Below, piece after piece: positions 35,850-41,660 of a DNA stretch of 41,660 nt (position 1 is its first letter; every line of letters starts with the position of its first letter). Both the position numbers and the translations under genes were made by a program. The DNA lies in NCBI GenBank assembly GCA_011109175.1, contig RDEW01000034.1:106670-148329 (forward strand). Reading direction: 5' to 3'. The DNA comes from Dicyema japonicum (taxonomy: Eukaryota; Animalia; Dicyemida). The notes under the pieces were generated by a model. That model was not told the DNA's origin and did no database searches. It worked only from the letters and a program-made list of their open reading frames with translations.

Positions 35850-36660
35850 TAGTTGCAGTCATATCAAGGTTGGGGGAGGGAGGCAATCCACACAGTTCCA
35901 TCTTCTAGTTAATTATTAGTAGGAGTTCAGGATTTCGGTTCTCATCCGAAAGCCATCGATCCTGTCTTCCACCACCTTATGAATCGAGTTTAGTAGTTTA
36001 CCCTCTTCCTCGCTCAAATCATCGATGCCCACTGCCATATTAATTTCCGCTCTTCTTTTTACTCCATAAACGAAAATATTTTGTCCTTCTTTGTTGAGAA
36101 GTATCATCCCTCACACCCATATAGTAAGCTAGGCAGAATAATCCCTGGAAGATAAACAGGAAGGTCTCCTTGTAGACTTGTAATTGCGCGGTACATAAAA
36201 GGCCCCAGGCAGATCTTTTCTTTCTTACTTTAATGTCATTAAGAATGTGTCTTCGTGATCGATTGTGACCCAAAGTAACTGAGTGACCACACTCTCGTTA
36301 CTCCCACTGTGTATAGCTGATCATGTGCCGTCTAAACCGACTTATCCTCATTGAGTTAGAGTTTTCCGTAGAGCTTCAGCTGTCAGGTGATCCTGGCCTC
36401 CTTAAACAGTCGTCTCATCTTGGTTCGGCGTTCGTCCCGAGAACCGACGCACTTCTGTATATACGAGACATTTTTGGGAATTTCGGAGCTGTCAATAGGT
36501 CTCCCGTTCTCCCCACTAGTTCTTCGAAAGGAGTTGGAATTATCGGGGACGAGAAAAACCTTTATACGGTCCATATGACTGTTGTTTGCAAGACATTAAT
36601 CTTCTTCAGGTTCGTATTGAACAGGAGTGTCCCCCATGCAGCACAGTAAACTGATTGTCG
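35850..36660 (-). mobile_element. LINE 3' remnants (RTE-like 35850-36290; probably a second LINE 36400-36660)
   Basis: SYFGS, IKVRKKRSAWGLL, IILPSLLYGCEG; upstream CAAWGTLL...KINVLQ. Confidence 0.6.
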
Positions 36661-37855
36661 GTTGTATGTATTATAGTGAGTTTAGAGTAGAGTAGAAACA
36701 ATATTTGTATATTCAGGAAGTGTTCTACAAAGTTTAGTTTTTGTAGAGAAGAAAATGTGACGGTGCTAACTATTTATTGAATGACATGAGGGGTCTTAAA
36801 GATACCCTATAACTCGATAGAGTTTGGAGGGAATTAAGTCTCCATGAAGAGTAAAAAGAGGTGCAGAGTTTGTTAGTCTTCTATTTGTTGTAAAAATCAT
36901 TGTGCAAGACTTCTATTAGTAGTAAAACCTTATAAAATAAGTTCCTCATAAGTAGGCTACCATTAGCCCGGATTAGTCTAGACAGTCCCAGATTTGGAGC
37001 TTTGCCGCAGATTTAAGTGTCCTAGATTATCAAATTTATTATTACAGTCGGACCCCGGTTTAGGGCACACCTCGGCTATGGGGCACCCGTATTTTGGGCA
37101 TTTTTTAATGACGAGTTTCCTACTAATTTTTTGAATTTAAAATTTAATGACCCCGCTTAGGGGCACCATAATTTATTTAATTTATTTTTTGGTTAAACAA
37201 TTATTTTATTTAAAATACTTTACACGTGTATTTTTAAATTATTTTTCTCGAACGAAAATTTTCCGTGGTGCCAAGTGGAGAGTTTGTCAAAATTATTTTC
37301 CTTCCTTCCGATGGCGCACTGGATCCACCTTACTGAAGAAGCGCCCAATGCCTGGCCGGCATCAAGAGGATCCAACAATATTTCCCCGGGGACAACGTCG
37401 TAACTGGAGACAAGTTCTGGAATGCTGAAACGAGTCTGGATCAAGGAGTTAGTCACTTGGGTTACCCTTGGTCTTTGGAATTTAATTTCCATCAGCGAAT
37501 AAAGAAAAACATTATTTCGTTTCTGAATACAAGATCGGTTCAAGACCAAGAACCTGAATTTGTTTTGAATTCAAAGTCCTCAAATCAATGCTATTATTGG
37601 ATGACCTAATGTACCAAACGATCGCTTTTAAGAGCTTAAAAATATTAATTTGAGAAAGTTATTTAACTTATTGGCTCGGCATGGTCAGAAATTACTAAAA
37701 AACATTCAAAAATTGCTGGGAAATGATTAAAGATTACGATAAAGATCAAACAAAGACGATTTTGACTCTGAGTTAGTTAAAAATATTATTACAGGTAACA
37801 TAGTTACAAAAGTAATTACGAACAACGAAGAAGTTCACATAGACGATTATGCTCC

Positions 37856-38530
37856 CAGGGGTCGGCAACCGTGGCTCTTTGGGTTTTTTATGTGGATCTT
37901 TCAATTATCGCAAATGATTACCTACATCTCCAATAAGCATTTTCAAAATAGTGTTCTTCTTGCAAAATGATTTTAATGTATATTTTATACTATATAATAT
38001 TTAAATGCTATTTTATATTAAATTGTTATTTTTATTTTAATAATTACATCTTTTTGCATATTTTAAAAAAATCTTACTCGCTTAATCATATATTCTGTTT
38101 GTGGCTTTTGTCTATAAATGAGAAAATAATTAAAAACGGATATAAAACGTCTTTTTCAACTTCAATGGACTGATACTTTTGCCAGCATATCAAGCTCAGA
38201 GTACCTTCCAAAATGTCTCCTTTTCGACGATCATTCAACAAGAGAAAAAAGTCAAATCTGGAGAGACACTATGAGATTTCAAAAATGGGAAAACCATTCA
38301 CAGATGATCCCACTTTTTCTAAAATTGTCACAACAACTATTTCAAAATTTTACGAATAAATAAAGATTTTAAATCAAATTAAAAATAAACCGTTATCCTC
38401 AGAAACAATTGTGAATAGAACTAGATGTCTTGCAATGTGAAGATGCAGCAACTTGATGACCTTAAAATAGCTCTGCAATTTCGATCAAAGTAGATAAGTC
38501 ATGTGATTTAAGTAAACGGCTCAGATTTTT
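37856..38530 (+). mobile_element. SPIN/GTF2IRD2-like hAT left end (TIR plus decayed transposase start)
   Basis: TIR CAGGGGTCGGCAACC at 37856; EISKMGKPFTD, IKNKPLSSETIVNR and ISIKVDKSCDL (FSIALDESCDI-like). Confidence 0.75.
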
Positions 38531-38879
38531 ATAAACTCAACATTATTTGTCCCCATTTATACTTTACGTTTCTCAAGACTTTTTTAAAAATCACTGTCAC
38601 CGTCCCTATGTGGAACTCAACTAGAACCAATCAAAATAAAAATTAGTTCTCTAGGTAAGTCAGATTTTTCTGAGTTGAATATTGTAATTTTTTAGCTAAA
38701 ATCGTTAATATTTTAAAAACATAAAATGGCAAAAAACTAGTTAATATGAATAGAATGTCTTAATTATATTTTATTATTCTTAATTAACAAAAAACTCTAT
38801 TAATATTTAAAAATAAAAAAAACATCATTTTATTTCTGCACGTTGTTTTAGTTCAAGTTGAGCTTGGATGAGTTGCGTC

Positions 38880-39990
38880 AGATAATTGAATATCTAGAAA
38901 ATGGATACTAAGAAATTTGTGACAGGCTAAATGATAAACATATATTTGACGACCAAGAGCACCATGGATTCAAGGACAGGTAGAGAGGTATCATTTATAT
39001 AATGTATAGGCTTTATCAATCTCTTAAAAATGGTTAACTGATTAGGATCGATGTTATGCATTGATTATGGTGTATGTTGAAGATTGCTTAGGGATGGTTG
39101 TCAAAGATTCAAGGTAATGTACCAACTTTCTGAACCATCCTTAATGATGAAGATGTGAATTTTGCGAAACAATTGAGGTACCGAATAAAAAGAAAGCTGA
39201 ATTTTTTGTTATTGATGAAAAGCTTTATTTGAAAGCTGTCAACGGATTTTACAAACTTGTGATACCCTCAACTAGTAAAGAAGAAATGAGGATTCACCAG
39301 ACAAATCACTGTGGACATAACGCTCTGAATGCGCTTTGTCGTCGGCGCTATCAAAAGAACTGTTATTAAAAGACCGCAAGTTTGCAGTGCATAGAAATAA
39401 TTTGACGATCATAGTCATATTTTTCAGATTTACCTAATGAGAGATTTCAAGTTGATCTGATTGATCTTGAAAGGTATAGATCACTGGGTTATTTGTGAAG
39501 ATTTGAAAGTCAAAATGATCATATTTCTTTGTTGTTGTCAGTTATAAACGGCCATGTTAGAAAATTGTGTGAGGATCACATAATTACTCAAATCCATGGA
39601 AGACCTAACAATCCCCAAAGTCAAGGGATCGTTGAAAGATTCAACCAGACGATCTCACGGAGTTTATCCAAAATGATGGTTTCGGATGACAGGAAAGAGT
39701 GGATAAAGCACGTTTTTATACAATCAAACGCCTCACTCACAGGTAAAATTGTGCTTTTATTTTTTTGTAGGTGTTAGTCCGTTTCAGAGATATCGAGGGA
39801 TTCTACAACACCATTGTTAAAAATACTGTAACGGAGACAGGCGGTGAAGACAACCTGGAAAGTGTAGATAATATTGCTGAATTAACAGAGCCAGACGGTA
39901 AGGACAGCCCCGAAACATATAGTAAAGGTTTTTTGTCTATAATTATACAAAACGTGATTTTCCTCGGTAGACTTGAATTCTCCTTACTAT
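38880..39990 (+). mobile_element. Ginger/KRBA2-like DDE integrase remnant with a 28-nt intron
   Basis: KRKAEFFVIDEKLYLK, NHCGHN (HHCC-like), ERFQVDLIDL, HGRPNNPQSQGIVERFNQTI, spliced NASLT|GVSPF. No RT or LTRs seen. Confidence 0.75.
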
Positions 39991-40599
39991 AAAAGGATGA
40001 ATAATAAGATGGGAGTGCATCGATCGAAATATGAAATTAACATTAATTTATTCAATTTATAATTACTTAAAAGGTTCGTATTCAGAAGAACTATGGAATT
40101 AATCTTCACTACGTATGCAAAGGTTTGAGCATTCCTACGGAGATTGTCACATTGTTGCAAAATTGTCTAATAATTTGTCAATGTTAAAGATAGTGAGGGA
40201 ATTGTGAAATTTCAATAATTAGTTAATGTTTGCTTTGAAATACTTGATTATTTTATTTTTTGACATTGATTTCAGCTGTCAAGGTAACGTCTGTGGCTCT
40301 AGACGTAATAAATTTCAATCGTGTTGATTAGGAGTAAGTACAAATGCTGTGTCGACAGAATAGATAGGAATAGACTATCTTTGAAAGGATCTCTCTAGGA
40401 CGGCTATTAATAAAATATGGAAAGATATTTCGGGCTAGAAATGAAAGGACGCAGCCTCAAAAGTGGATGTTAGAAATCATTCCGGAGGAGTTATCGAAAA
40501 CTTGTATGGCCTAGAAAAGGTGCGGGAAAAATATTTCTGGAGAAACCTGGAAAATATACAGGATGTTAACCGAATAAATAGAATTCCCGATAGATTCGA

Positions 40600-41660
40600 T
40601 AGATTTAATTAAATGTTGTGAGAGCACCGAATTTTTGGACGCATCCAAAAAATATTATATCCGAATTATGACTCTGCGGTTTAAGTAAACTCGGCACAAG
40701 ATAATTAATAATATTGGGCTCAGTACAGAGCCCTTTGGGACCCACGACACAAGCTGAGGCTTCACGACAAACACTGTTGAATTGACTTGGAAATATCAAA
40801 ACGTAACAGGTTATGTAGCCTTTAGGACTTCCGAATTTAGCAGGAAGAAACAGCCCCCACGACCTTCCTGGACAAAAACCATTAGTAGGGGATAAGAAAT
40901 TAGTTTCTTCAATATGCCGACACAAACGTTTGAAGATAATCCTCTCGCATATCTTAGAAATAAAGCACAAAAGAGTGATTGACCTATAGATCATATAGTC
41001 CTTTTTCGATTTCCCTGCCAAAGGATCATCTTCACTGTAGAATTTTTCCATAAGAGTGAATAAACCCAATAAACAGTTTTATAGAACACAAAACATTACT
41101 TCCGACCCCTCAAGGTCATACGAGCTTTCTATATCTTCCCAGAATGATGAATTTCCAACGTCGACTTTTGAGGCTTAGTCCTTCCATTTCCTCTCCGAAA
41201 CATCTTTCCAATCTAGACCAGATGCATCAAATCTGAGGGAATCGACTACATCAGCTTTAAGGCAGATTACAAGCTCCTGGGGAATATGATCACTTCCAAT
41301 ATCTAGTAAAGTCCTGGGTACGTCGACATAAGGGAGAAGGAGGATGAAATGAAAAAAGCCCCTAATTTGCCCCTTATAAGAGAAATGATTAGGACCAACC
41401 GACGTTAAGACTTCGAATCCTGAGATTTCAGATGAGATCTTCAAAGTCGTCCATCCCGATTCGTTTTGAAACACCCATGACTGATGTTATTCGTATTGAG
41501 ATCACCAACTAGAACGGATTCTTGTTGTAGATCTCAGAAATCTCCGTAGAACATGTCTCCAGATTCTTCGATTATAGACCTCCAACACTAATCCACAACC
41601 CCTTGCAACAAACATCGACGGGAATTTGTATCCCCTCAGTATTTGACTAATCGGCTTCTT
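40600..41660 (-). mobile_element. APE-type LINE remnant (APE plus start of RT), running off the window end
   Basis: LVGDLN, IGSDHIP and YRSITLLCFISKICERIIFKRL...GFCPGRS. Confidence 0.8.

Noticed and set aside
37270-37540. Mariner transposase fragment (HWIHLTEE, DNVVTGDKFW)
   Set aside because: The homologous copy at 170-350 does not preserve these motifs, so the resemblance may be chance; left unclassified.

Overview
AT-rich eukaryotic nuclear DNA, not prokaryotic, and mostly a graveyard of decayed transposable elements. These include CRE-clade RLE retrotransposons (about 7 fragments), APE-type LINEs, Penelope-like elements, several hAT lineages, a Ginger/KRBA2-like integrase and tRNA-like SINEs. 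One convincingly intact host gene is hidden from the ORF track: a ZER1/ZYG-11-family CRL2 substrate receptor (8017-10287, minus strand). It can be rebuilt by hand as an open 680-aa frame after removing ten GT-AG introns of only 22-24 nt, which suggests a reduced parasitic animal such as a myxozoan or dicyemid (inference). Other content: two tRNA-Leu(TAG) copies in a ~1.06-kb duplicated unit on either side of a CRE element, a ~5.8-kb tandem segmental duplication, and several short duplications joined by a single n that look like assembly or haplotype artefacts. Best leads: the ultra-short introns (also seen in a transposon integrase), a ~270-bp repeat carrying a conserved pseudoknot with HDV-ribozyme helix order but a non-canonical core, an apparently altered Gly/N-degron pocket in the ZER1 homolog, and a fossil 2A-like peptide at the start of a LINE. 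All family assignments come from motif recognition by eye; no searches were run.
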